A DNA stretch of 64,000 nt from Euglena gracilis (Eukaryota): positions 28,113,037 to 28,177,036 of the forward strand of contig CP154954.1 of assembly GCA_039621445.1 (NCBI GenBank), in the 5' to 3' direction. Shown piece by piece: positions 1-12,300 of the stretch (positions are counted from its first letter, which is position 1; the number at the start of each line of letters is the position of its first letter). The notes under the pieces are model-generated. The model had not been told where the DNA came from. It saw only the letters and a program-made list of their open reading frames with translations, and ran no database searches. The position numbers were made by a program, and so were the translations under genes.

Positions 1-367
1 AAAAAATGGATTTAATGTAATTTCAGAGGACTGGGTGGAAGAACGAATTCAAAAGGCATTATGTTGGCAATTTCACTGTTTGCAATTTTTGCATGGTGGA
101 CAAAAAAGGGGAAATCTGGCCCAAAAACGCAAAACTAAGCCTAAGCCGAAATCACTTCCCAGCCGAACTTGAAAAACCACCAAAAGAAACCGCACAAAAA
201 ATTACAAAAAAAACACGCAAAAACACACTCAAAAAGCAAAACACACAAATTTCACCGAAACCGAATCACATAACACCCGCAAAAACTGTGTTTGCATTTT
301 CCCCAACACCCCCTCTGCCCGCCCACTGACCAGCGGAACAGTGCCCAGTCAGGGCCCACACACTGTG

Positions 368-3300
368 CCGCCATTGCCGAGGCGGTTGGTCCAGAGGTCA
401 AGCGTCCCTTCGCAGGTGTCACTCTACGCCCATTGCCACAAAAAAGGCGTCCCAGCCTGCAAGCAAACCCGCTGTCTTGCCAACAAATGCCCGACTGTTG
501 CATCCAATAGCCCATCCCCTTCCACACTCGAAAGCCATTTGCCAGAGACCCACTCAGGGAAGAAGGTCTTAAAGGTAGGCCCACTTTTCATAAACGCCCT
601 TTAAGCCTTATTAAATTCAAAGCCTCTGGAAAGGGAACCACCATTCCTTAACGAAAGCTTAAAAAAAAAGCTGTTCACGCATATTCAATCAAAAACCTCA
701 AACCGAAGGGAAATGGGCGAAATTTATTCGCAGCAAAAACAGGTGATTAGGTCCTTGACATATTATGGCAGAGCTTGTCAGAATTTTACGGCGAATATAC
801 AAGAGGGGAGAGGTGAGGGATGCCCAGAAACAGCGAAATGCCTGATGTGGGGTGGACCCCCCCACTCCCCCACCAGGATGGGGTGAAGGGAGTGGTCGTC
901 CCCCTCCCCACCCACCACAGTAAGATTTGCAAAATTCGAGCTGAAAATGAAGTCACAAACTCTCGGCAAAAACAAGCTAATTCCAGGGGAAACTGATTTC
1001 TGGCATCGCTGGAAAAATTTTCTGTCGGACACTCGAAAAAATGGGGTTTCCAACTGTTTCGATTCTGACCCCCATTCTATCCTGGGATGGCCCTTGGGAC
1101 ATCCCTCAGAAAATCGACGCCTTGAAATTTTGAAAATGCCTGTAAAAACCTTAACCGGGTCGGTAAAATGAGCCCCCATCAACCCCCCAAAGAAGTATGG
1201 GAGCGCTCAATGCAATCTGCCGCCTCAGATGGCGCTTCTATTTTGATCCCGCCTGGAAGATTTTTGTTGATATTCTTCAGAAAGCCCAGCAAAGTGGAGA
1301 CTGCCCGACCAGGTGCTCCACCGACCATTATGGTCCGGGCCTACCGAACAGACTTCTTCTTGAGACCCCCACCGGGTTGGGTTTCGGCGCAAAGCGCCGA
1401 AATTTTTTGGGAAATGCCCTCAGACGGCCCGATTTTGTCCCCCCCCCCCGGGGTCCAGCGCTGGGCTGGGTGGGTTGGGGACCCCCCCTCCAGCCTGGGC
1501 CCCCCTGGGGGGGGTCCGGTCCCAGACCCACCCACCCACCCCGGGGGGGGGGGGGGCTGCTGGCTTAAAAAAAAAAGCCTGCTACCGACCTCTATGGCTT
1601 TCCAATAAAGTTAATTCAATATTCTTGTGGAACATGAAGAAGGCCCATTTTTAGCAAAGAATGCACCTCTGGGAGCGCCTGTGCAAATGGGTTGGACCAT
1701 GCAGCCGCCCAGAGCTTCTGTTGGGGGGGGGGGTTGCACCAGATTCACAAGGAGTTCGGCTCTGGAAATTGGTCCGTTGCGTTGCTCATTGAACAGGGTT
1801 CAAAAAAAATATATGTTGCCGGCAGGCGGGTAGCAGGGGGGCCCCCCCCCGGGGGGGGGGGGCCTGCTACCCACGACCCTGCACCTGCCAACATGGCCAT
1901 TAGCGCAACATGGCCATTAGCGCACCTAACCCTACTCCTTCAATTATCCCCATAATAGCGCAACATGGCCATGTTGCACAACATGGCCATGTTGCGCAAT
2001 ATGGCCATGTTGCGCTATTATGGGGTTAATTGAAGGAGTAGGGTTAGGTGCGCTAATGGCAGGTGCAGGGTCGTGGGTAGCAGGGGGGCCCCCCCCGGGG
2101 GGGGGGCCCTGCTACCCGCCTGCCATGTTGCCTTGTACAAAAACAATTGCAATGCCATCTCCACACCCAGAAAGACGTTGTTTCACAGTCTTTGGTGCGG
2201 GCGCAGTGACTTCAAGGCGGTGCAGATTGTTCAGCAGAAAAAGCGGCGGTGTCTCCCCGCCCCTCCAGGGCCACCTGGGCAGCCACTCCAGTGACGGGGA
2301 GGCGCCCAACGCAGCCAGCTCCTTCGGCGCACCTTCCCCCAGCTGGTTCGTGCCAGTGGCCCACCCCGGTCCTACACCCGCCAGGCTGAATTTCATTAAG
2401 CTCGTCTCGGGGTTACTTCGGGAGGTACTAACACACCACCCGAGGGGGAGTTGTGCCTGGTCGTGAGGAAAAATTTCCCCCAAAATGACATTTTCCGGCC
2501 TTCGAACCCCCCCTCCCGAGGACTGACTTCAGCTGCTCAAGTAATAACACCCCCTCCGACAGATGAAAGCAAAGAAAAAAAGAGAATAGAATGAGCGGGA
2601 ATGTTGCAAAAATAACAAAAAGGGATGGTTTGGTGCAGAACATATGTCGAAAAGAGTGCAAAAAAATGACAAAATATTGATGATTAGAACCTATTGAAAC
2701 GCTTTTGGGTCGATTCTTGACTTCAAAACTGTTGCCCTGATAATAACCTCCAAATATCACCCTTCCCCCGGGACCCTGACTTCGAGTGTCCAAAAAATAA
2801 CTGGGGGGATATTGTTTGGGGGGTTCATGTGCCCACCCTCCATCCTGGCCGCAGTAGGGTTTATCATTAGCAAGTTTGATGATTACCTATCAATGGTATT
2901 ACAAAGCGAAGAAGGCGCCCCAGGGCAGACGAAGCCCTCAGATCTGACCCCCACCCTGGGTTTGACATTAAACCAGGTTTTGAGTAGTGCTGAGCTCTTA
3001 ATGGGACATGCATGTGATGGAATGCCGAAAAGACTAGCATTGCAAAGTTCGCGTAATTTTTAATTTACAAATTACACTCTTTCAATTTACGGTGACTTTC
3101 AATGATTTTACGGAACTTTCTGAAATGACAATGATAATCCCCCCCATACACCCCATACCCGTTTTATAGGATTTTTTGACTTTTTTTTACCCATTTTAGA
3201 GCCAAACTCCATGGGTTTCGGGCCCAAAACGGGGCGCAGGGTCGAAAAACGCTCATTTTTGGCTGAGAAACAGGTTTTCCGGGTCTGGGAGGCCAAAAAG

Positions 3301-6300
3301 AATCGTTTCGAACAAAAAAAAATTCGATTTTTTTCGACTTCTTTGACCCGTTCCTGGCCAAACTGCATGGGTTTCGTGCAAAAAAAAAAAAACGGGGCGC
3401 TGGCGGGTCGAAAAACGCTCATTTTCGGCTCAGAAACAGTTTTTCCGGGTCCGGGAGGCCAAAGAACATTGTTTCAGGCAAATTTAACCAAAAATGACCG
3501 AAAACGGCCCAATCACATCAGGTCCAAACTGTACAAAACGGCCAAAATCGGCCAAAAAAAATGACCGTAACTCGAGCTAGGCGGGGAGATGCGGGGAAAT
3601 CAAAATACTGTTAGATAGGGCATTTTAAGGGCTTCAATTTAGGTCTCCAGACATTTCCTTTGATTTTGCTTCATTTTGAGATATCTTAAAAACATCGATT
3701 TTTTTTGACCCCGAAAACAGCCCAAAATGGCCCCTGAAATGGGCCAAAATTGGCCGAAAAATGGCTAACTTGGTAACTCGGTAACTCGGTAACTCGGTAA
3801 ATCGGTCAGGGAAAATGGCTGTAACTCGGGCTACACGAAGAATTGGGGGAAAAATAAACCATGGTTGGATAGGACATTCCAAAGGCTTCAATTTTGCAGT
3901 CCGGACATTTTCTTTGATTTTGATTCATTGTCGAGATATTTTGGAAACCCCGATTTTTTTACCCTAAAACGGCCCAAAAAAACCCCCCCAAAATGGCCGT
4001 TTTGGGCCGCAAAAGCGCGCCGGAACACGGGCCAGGCGTGTCGGCGGCCAAAACGGCGAACGGGGGCGATACAGGGCCTCCGGGGGTGCATTTCGTCAGA
4101 CCGACATTTCCAGAAATAATGTACGTTTTCTCGAGATATTTTCAAAAAATCGATTTTTTGACCGATTTTTGGACCCCGGCAAAATGGCAAAGTCGGAAGA
4201 GGGGGGGGGGGGCGCCTCCACCTTCTGAACAGTGGCTGAATTACAGACCCCAATCATTATCTGGTGCACATTAAAGTCCTGCCGGAGGGGAATGAGAGTC
4301 TGCGGCCTTTTATCGGCATCGTCCGGCCCCCCTCGCCCATGAATGAGGGGGAGGGAGGGACCTCCTAAAACCCCCACCTCTAACCCCTGGGGGGTTGTAG
4401 GTGGGGGGGTCGCTTGAGCTCTTATCTCTTTATGGGTAAGAGCGAAGCTTACCCCTGGGTCCAACCCCCCCCCCTCCCCTCGGGCCACCTCGGGAACCGG
4501 CTGATTATCACCATGATCCTGGCCCGGTTCCCGGATTTTTTTTTTCAGTCGCGAGCGACTGGATTTCTAGTTTCCGAATGCCCCCCCGAACCTACTCTGC
4601 CCCCCCCGGGGGGCGGGCCAGTAGTTAATCCGGGGGGTCAGAATAGTTTTTTTGTGTTAATGATGGAATAGGGTCAGGTGCGCGACTTAGGCTTAGGGTT
4701 AGGCCTAATTTATAGACGGGTGTTCGGTGTACAAGTTAGGCCTAACCCTAAGCCTAAGTCGCGCACCTAACCCTATTCCATCACTAACGCAAAAAAATTT
4801 TTGACCCCCCGGATGAACTACTGGGCCCCCCCCCCGGGGGGGCCCAGTAGTTTCGGGCTGCCTTCCGAATCACCTTCGTTTGACCCCCAACTCCCCGCCA
4901 GGCCCGAGTTATTCACGCACGAAGGCTATGAAAGGGGGTTCCACCCTGTATCTGGAACATCCTTAGCTCAGGCCTTGATTGTTTTCCTCCACACGGCCAT
5001 ATGGGTTCGGAGCACTGGCCGAGGCCCAGCTGGAGCACCACCGTCTGCAACTGACGCATCTCCCGCAGCTGCGCCAGCCAACAAACCCCATCGGGCCCAG
5101 GGGACAGGTTGGAGCATTGGTGACAGAATACCTGTGGGGTCCTCGCCACAGGGAGTGCCCGTATGATTGGACAGGGGGAGTGCCGACGAATCTAAATGAA
5201 TAATTTGGTTTGATATCCAAGGGTTGATATTGGCAGCTTATTACCCAGGAGGCCAGGCCCACTAGTGTGGGATACGGTTAGGGTTACGATTTGGCCCAAA
5301 AGTAGACCCAATTTTGTCCTCCACAGTGGGAAAAGGGCAGCTCTATGGATCAGGCTCTGAATGAGCGAGTTGCACAACAGGGGTTTCCCAAAGTTTCAGA
5401 TTTTCACAACAGGCTTTCTCTTGCGCGCCCACTGCAAAAACAAGTCATGATCTAAACCATCACTTCAATGTCAAACAATCGTCGGCATTGATTGGCGGAA
5501 ACAATGATAGCCATGGCCACTGCCCTCTGCCCGCGGTGGAGCTGGTTCTGGTTCAGGTTGAGGGCCAGAGAGCGCAGGGACGTGGAGGCCCGGAGGCCGG
5601 CGAGGGCCTCGGCGCCGTCCGGCCCGAGGTGGTTGCCGGACAGGTCCAGGCGGAGGGTGTGGAGGAGCGGTGCCTGCGCCAGCAGCCCGGCGGGGGCGGC
5701 CTCCCGCCTGCGGCAGTGGGGCCCATCGGGGACCTGGCCGGCGGGGGGGGGGGGGGCACACCAACCCGAGCCCGTCTGTCGCGGCCATTGAAACGCCGCC
5801 ACTGTACAAACAGAGCTGGAAGTTGGAAAGTCACAGCGGTCACACACGGGGTACGGATCCCTCGTTTGGGTATGGCAGAGGCCGCCCCCCTCGCCAGCGC
5901 CGCCGCCCCGCCGGGGCCGATGTGGGCCCGGGCGGCGTCGAGGGACAGGGTGCCGAGGCGGGCGGCGGTGCGCAGCCCCGCCAGCGCTGCCAGCCCGCCG
6001 TCCCCGATGGGGTTGCGGCCCAGGTTCAGGTGCCGCCAGGGCCGCGGCCGGTGGGTCGCCGGCAACACCCGGCACAACACTCGGCCGCAATCGACAAGGT
6101 CTGGCGAGTGCACCGGGGCGGAGGGGCCTCCAGGCAGGGATCATCATTTTTCAAACGCGCCAAAACCTTAAATGTTTTAAAATGCAGCTTAAAAATATGG
6201 GCAGAATTTTCTCCGACTGAGCAAAAATGAAAGCGCAAAATCTCGGCAAAAACAGGCCAGCTCCGGGGAAAAAATGATGATTTCTGGCATTAAAAAAATA

Positions 6301-9300
6301 AATAAAAATATGGTTTTGATTTTTTGATTTTGGACCTCGTGCAAAATCAAAAATGTTGGTTCGATGCCCACACAGCCCTTGGACAGCCCTGAAAAATGGC
6401 TCCTTAAAACGCCTTAATGGACAGGGCTGAAAAAATGCCTCCTTAGCGCCTTAAACCGTCTTTGCCTGTCTCCAGCGGCCGGTGGGCAGGGGCCAGCTCG
6501 TTGGGATCGGCAAGAACCCGGGCACTCCAAACCCAGGGTCAACCATGCCGCGGCCTGAAACCCGTCCACTGTCCAGAGCTGGGTTGGCGACAGTCACAGC
6601 GGCACCCCGGGGGGGCAGAGGGCCCGCCCTGGCCGCCGGTGGACCGGCGATGTGGCCCGGGGGTCGAGGGAACCCCAGGCTAGCAAATGCCATCGCGCGT
6701 CGCAGAACTGTCCACTATCCACAAACTGAAAAAAGTTAATTCAGCAGCCTCGAAAAACATATGCACTCAGGCCTCCAGAAATGTGGGCCACCGGCACCTG
6801 GCAAACAAACGGGCCTCAAAACTAGACAATGATGTCCGAGGCGGATGGGCCTCCAGGCAGGGATCACATTTTTCCAAACGCGCCACAAACCTAATGAAAC
6901 ACTTAAAAAAGGGTCTTAATTTTTTTTGAATGTTCCACCGAATTTAAAAAATCCATCAAATGAACACAGCACAAATTAATGAAAGTCGCCCAAGTAAAAT
7001 CCACATTAAAGATGTTTTGACCCTTGATTTCCATCTGAAAATCAAAAATGTTGGTTCGATACCCCACAACCTTGAAAATAATAAAGCCAAAAAACGGCTC
7101 CTAAAATCAAAGGTAAGTATTAAACAAATCAATAAAAGCCTGAAAGAAGGCCTAAAAAATAAATTATAATAAAAAAAATGCCGTAAATTTTTGAGAAAAA
7201 AAATTCCCTTAAAAAATGCCTGGCTCCCAGGCTCCTTTTCAACAACCCCTATGGGTGCCTTGTGCTGTAGGTGCCATACCCCCGCAAGGGTTGTGACCTT
7301 CCTAAGAAGCGTGGTTGCTCCCCCTTTCTTTTTATTTCCCATGCCCTGCGGACTGGGGGAGCTGCTGGGGGCGGGCCTGGGGGCCGCCGCCGGCCCTGGC
7401 CGCAGCGTGTGCAGTGCTGGGGCCGCCCCCAGTCCAGCCAGCGCTTGGGCCCCCGCCACGCGCAAGGGGGTTCCCGTCCAGCGGGCTGGGATTGCCGGTG
7501 GAGGGGGAGGGTGGGGGCTCTGGCAGCGCCGGGCACCCCGCTGGCCGGGCCGATGTCGGTTTTGTACACGTCCAGCGACAGCCACTGGAGGCCCGGCATG
7601 TGGGCGAGGCTCCGGCCCGCCGACCTGCCTGGATTCGGTGCCCCCCCCACCACCTCGGGATTGGGACATAAACGGGGATGCCACCACTCCCTTCCGCTGG
7701 CTCTTGTTCACTCTCACAAACTCTGGAGCATTTTATTTGTCCAAGGACCCAAGCCCGTTGAAGTAGAATGAAAAGGGTGGCTGGAAACCTGCCTTTCAAC
7801 AGAAATCTGCCAATGCCAAGCTCAACTCAAACCTCAGCAGAAGAATGCAAATTATCAATGAACCGAGAGGGAAACGGGGGGGGGGGGAATAACTGATATT
7901 GGAGGCCATCAGAGAAATTGCAGGAAAAAACTGATATCAGGAATGTACACATTTCTGCTGGAAGGACACGATTCTGAGCTACACCCCGAATAGAAGTAAC
8001 TAATAATCACGTACTCCTGCAAAATTTTTCAACTGCTCCAGAAATTTTGCAACATTGTTTGGCATTTTTTCCAACAAAATATTACAAAATTATACTTCTT
8101 CTTATTTTGGAAACATGCTGCTTCCACAACATATGCAATTTCGTTGGCCCAAAATAAAATGACAAAATTTGCCAAAAAATTTCGTCTTGGGATAAATCTG
8201 GTCCAAATTCAACAAAAATAAAGAAACCCACCTTTGCAACGAATGGACCGGCCACTGCCGAGTTCTCCTCGTACCGAATCACAACTTTAATGTTGCACAC
8301 CCCAACCAAGAAGATTTGGGAGGGAACACCCCCCATGCCACCCAACCACACCCACAGCGACAACCCCACAGGAAAAATGAAACACGTACGAAAAAAAGGA
8401 CTGTGATACCCCCTTCGTTTTTATATCATCCAGAAATGGCCGGAAAACTCATGAATTTGGATGATCAAATTTTAGCAAAAGAAAAAAAATGGAGTGGGAA
8501 TTTGCAGAAAAAATTGCGGAAATGGGGAATTTGAGGGCAAAAATTGCAGGAAAAAAAAAACCCGGAGGGTGGAACTGCTGGGAAAAATTGTGGGAAGGAT
8601 AGATTGCAGGAGATATTGCGGGGGACAAAAAGGAAACAATTGGCAAAAAATAAAAAAAAAAAAAAAAGTAGGATTCAAAATTGGCTGTCAATTATTCCCC
8701 TAGGGAGGAGGAATTTTCAGGAAAAGTTTTACAAATTTAAATATCAGTCCTCTGTGCCGCTTTTCTCTTCACCTTCAACATTTCCCAATGCTTTTGATAC
8801 CCCCTCACCAAGGACTGGAAAATACAACGCCACCAGGCACCCAAAGGCAGCTTTATGGCAAACCACTTCAAGGGAGACCACAGGGAGGGCGGCGGCCGCC
8901 AGGGCAGAGGCCCCGATGTCCCCAATCTCGTTGTGGGAGAGGTCGAGGCCAGGCTTTTTTTTTACCAACCCCGGGGGGGGGGGGGGTCGGAGTGCCTTTG
9001 TGTGCCTTCCCAGGCAGGCACCCCCCCCCCCCGGGGGGGGTGGGGACCACCTTAAAAAACGGCCTGGTCGAGGCCCAGCCCCCCGAGGCGCTGGAGTCCA
9101 GCCAGCTCCGCCGCCCCGAGCGGCCCCACCCGATTGTTGTGGAGGTCGAGCATCGGCGGCAGCGCCCTTTGCGAGGTCCGGCATTGGAGCGGACGGCGGT
9201 CGCAGTGAGGCAAAGTTCTCCCAACTGGATGAGGATTCTATTTTTAAGCGCCCGGGGGGAGGGCGGCCCCCCCCCCCCCCAGCCGGGCACAGGACCCCCC

Positions 9301-12300
9301 CCCCCCCGGGACAGCGGGGACTATCCCCAAAAACGGACTCTCTGAAGGCATTTCCCAAAAAAAAAAACTTCCAGCGCTTCGCGCTGAAACCCGGACCTCC
9401 AGGGGTTCGGCCCGTCTGGGGCCGAACCTCCACCCCGGAAGGAGGTTCGGCCCCAGCCCCCCCCCCCCCCGTGGGGGTCTTCTGGGCTAAAAGAAGCTGG
9501 TTCAGTTATCAGGAGATGACAGGCGCGGGTACCCCCTCTTTGTCCAAGGATGTTGTTGTTACACATCATTGTTCCAAGAACGTGTTGTTGACACAGGGGA
9601 GGGCAACAACTTGCCGTGTGAACGGCATAGCATTTCAATGGAAATGCCAGGTGGCATTCCGAAAGTGCGCTTTGGCACAGTTTCAACGACACTTGTGCAA
9701 GAGAGGCTGCCCTTACCTAACCCCCCCCAAAATATAAAGCCCCCCCCTTCACATTTGGGCGGGATTTCAAGACCCTCAAGGGGGACTTTATATTTGGGGT
9801 GGGGAGTTTAAAATTGGGGGGATCGACTGTTTCTGGGTGGCCCATCCTGACTTTGGCAGCCTTCAACCACAGTCAAGTGCCAAAATTATACCAAATTTTC
9901 ATTGTGTACCTCAAATTTACCTCAGAATTTGCAATTTTTGTCCAAAATGGAGAATTTCTGGTGGGAAATTGTTACATCCACCCATCTGTTTTCCCTGATC
10001 GGCGGGTGTCACATTGGGGAGGGCTTTATATTCGGGCAAAACCAAACCTCCTGGGGAGGTTTATATTTGGGGGGCTTTATACTACCCCCCCCCCAATGGC
10101 CGTGCCATATGGGCCAGGGTGGCAAACGCCTGGCACACGAGAGGTGTGAAGGACAGTGGGCAGGGTGGACAACCCACGACAGGCTGAGAGTTGGCAGCGA
10201 GTGAGCACTCCATAATGGGAATGACCAAGAGCACATGAATAGCCTGAAACAGCTGAATCCAGCGACAGATGACGATTTTTTTTTGACTTTCAACTGCCTT
10301 TTTTAAACGATTGGACCGTTCTGAGTTCGCGCAAGATCACTGCTGTCTTGGAAATCTAGTTGCATGCCAAAGATATAGACGTGGTTGACAATTTGACACA
10401 GTGAACACAATAGAACGAATGCAGTGGCTGGAACGGAGGAAGGCCCTCCAAAGCCAATCAAAAAAGGATGATAATAATAAAAAGGTGAAAAAAACTCTTA
10501 TAGCCATGTTATCAGCACCTATTTTTTTTTAAGAAACGGGAGACAAGAAGTCATTCCAGTGTGATGGCCAGTATGGGCCTTCTTCATTGCAGATGAAAAC
10601 TGTGGTTCCCCCCAATGCAATTCATCAATATCATTTAGTTTTTGGACTGCAGGTTTTTGGCTAATAAAGTTCACCCTGGCAGGATTGTCACTTGTTGTAC
10701 TTTGGCACCATCTGCACCTTGCCTGTTGGCACCTCTGCGAAAAGAAGAGGTGCCAAGAGGTGCCAAACAAGGTTCGTTCCAAATAAAACTGTCCTGGGAA
10801 AGCGTTATGGGGACGTTGCGTTACGGTGCTTCCCATTGCATAAACCACTCCACATGGTGGAGAGCCCAATCAAACCAGCCAAGGCAGTAGCACCCCTGTC
10901 CCCCACGGCGTTGTCAGAAAGGTCAAGCGCCAGAACACGAAGGGATGCGGGGTGGGACCTCTGCCGGTTGGAAGGCACGCTAGCCCCCCCCCCCATCCCC
11001 CACCCATACCCATGGGGGTTCAAGGATTCCCGTCCAGTTCTGGGGTCTGCCAAGCCTTCAATGCAGGCATTTCTTAAAGACCAGGATGGAGGGAGGGAGG
11101 GGTCCCCCACCCACCCCTGCCAGAACGCTCCCAAACACACATGCAAAGTGTATGTGCCGTGTGCTATGGAGACACCTGCTGTTGTGCACACTCACTGCAA
11201 TGTATTTAGATGATTACACCGGCATTTCACCCGTGTCGCCCAAAGGTTGCTTAAATGTTGCTGCTGCTTAACTTTGGAGGGGTTGTTTAAATTTGGAGGG
11301 GTAACCCACCCTGGAGGTTCCAGCAGACCAACTCACCCCACACCCCCCAGGTCCAAACATTAAAAAAATTCTGTCTAAATGAGGGGTTACATGGAAAAAC
11401 AAAAAACCCAGAACTTGTTTTGAGTACCTTTTCTTTCCCAGAAAAAAGAACATTTTTGTGGTCTTGAAACAATTTTGGTTTTCAAAAAAAATAGGGGTTG
11501 AACCCTAATTCTGATGGAATTCTGAAGAAAATTGACAGAAGGGCCCAAAGACGTGTGCCCCCGCTTTCCGCACATCCGTGCTGAAATTTGGGGGGTTTAC
11601 AATGCAATTCCCGGACACTCTTTCCTCGAGTCCTCCTCCACACCACAACTAATTCAAGGGCTGTTTCCATGGTGCTTTCACGTCAGACATACCTACTGCA
11701 AAGGCTTCAAAATTAAAAAACCCTTTCTAGAATTTCTCCAAACTGTCCCCTCACATGAGGATCGCCACCATTTGAATCCCGGGGCAAAGGCTCAATTTTG
11801 GTGTTTTTGGCCTGACCTAAATTCTTCCAAGTTTTGTTTCCCCTGCGTTCCGCCCAAGAAATGTAAAACCTTAATGCTGTCCCACACATTTCCTGTCAGG
11901 CTCCATGGTATGGTCAATATTCCCTTGGATTCCAGTGTGGCCAACTGCCCTCTCCACTGGAGTAGTGACTGAAGTAGTGACTGACCGGACTGGCTGGTTT
12001 TGGAAATGACCCTGGTGGTCGGTGCTGGACCCCACCTGCAAAACATGGCTGCCTCTTTGAGAGAGGTAATTGCGCAGTTGCATTAATGATCCTTTCAAAT
12101 GATGAATTTGCACACGTTGGGCAAATGGGACGAGATACGGCTGAAAAGCGAGATCGGCTGCCAAAGCTAACTTCGCTGGAAAAGGCAGCTGACTGGCTGG
12201 ACACCCCTGTGGGGAGTGTCCAAGCGAGGCCAGGCTCCCATGCTACTTGTGAATGGGAGCAATTGGGATTTGCTGTTGAAATGTGATGCATCAAAGCAGG

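Noticed and set aside
5452-6230. Treating the LRR fragments as frameshifted pseudogenes
   Set aside because: Frames are restored by introns with paired ends in a consistent register.
8544-9737. 397-aa plus-strand ORF
   Set aside because: It is antisense to LRR exons and runs through GC-rich MITEs; low-complexity product with no domain.
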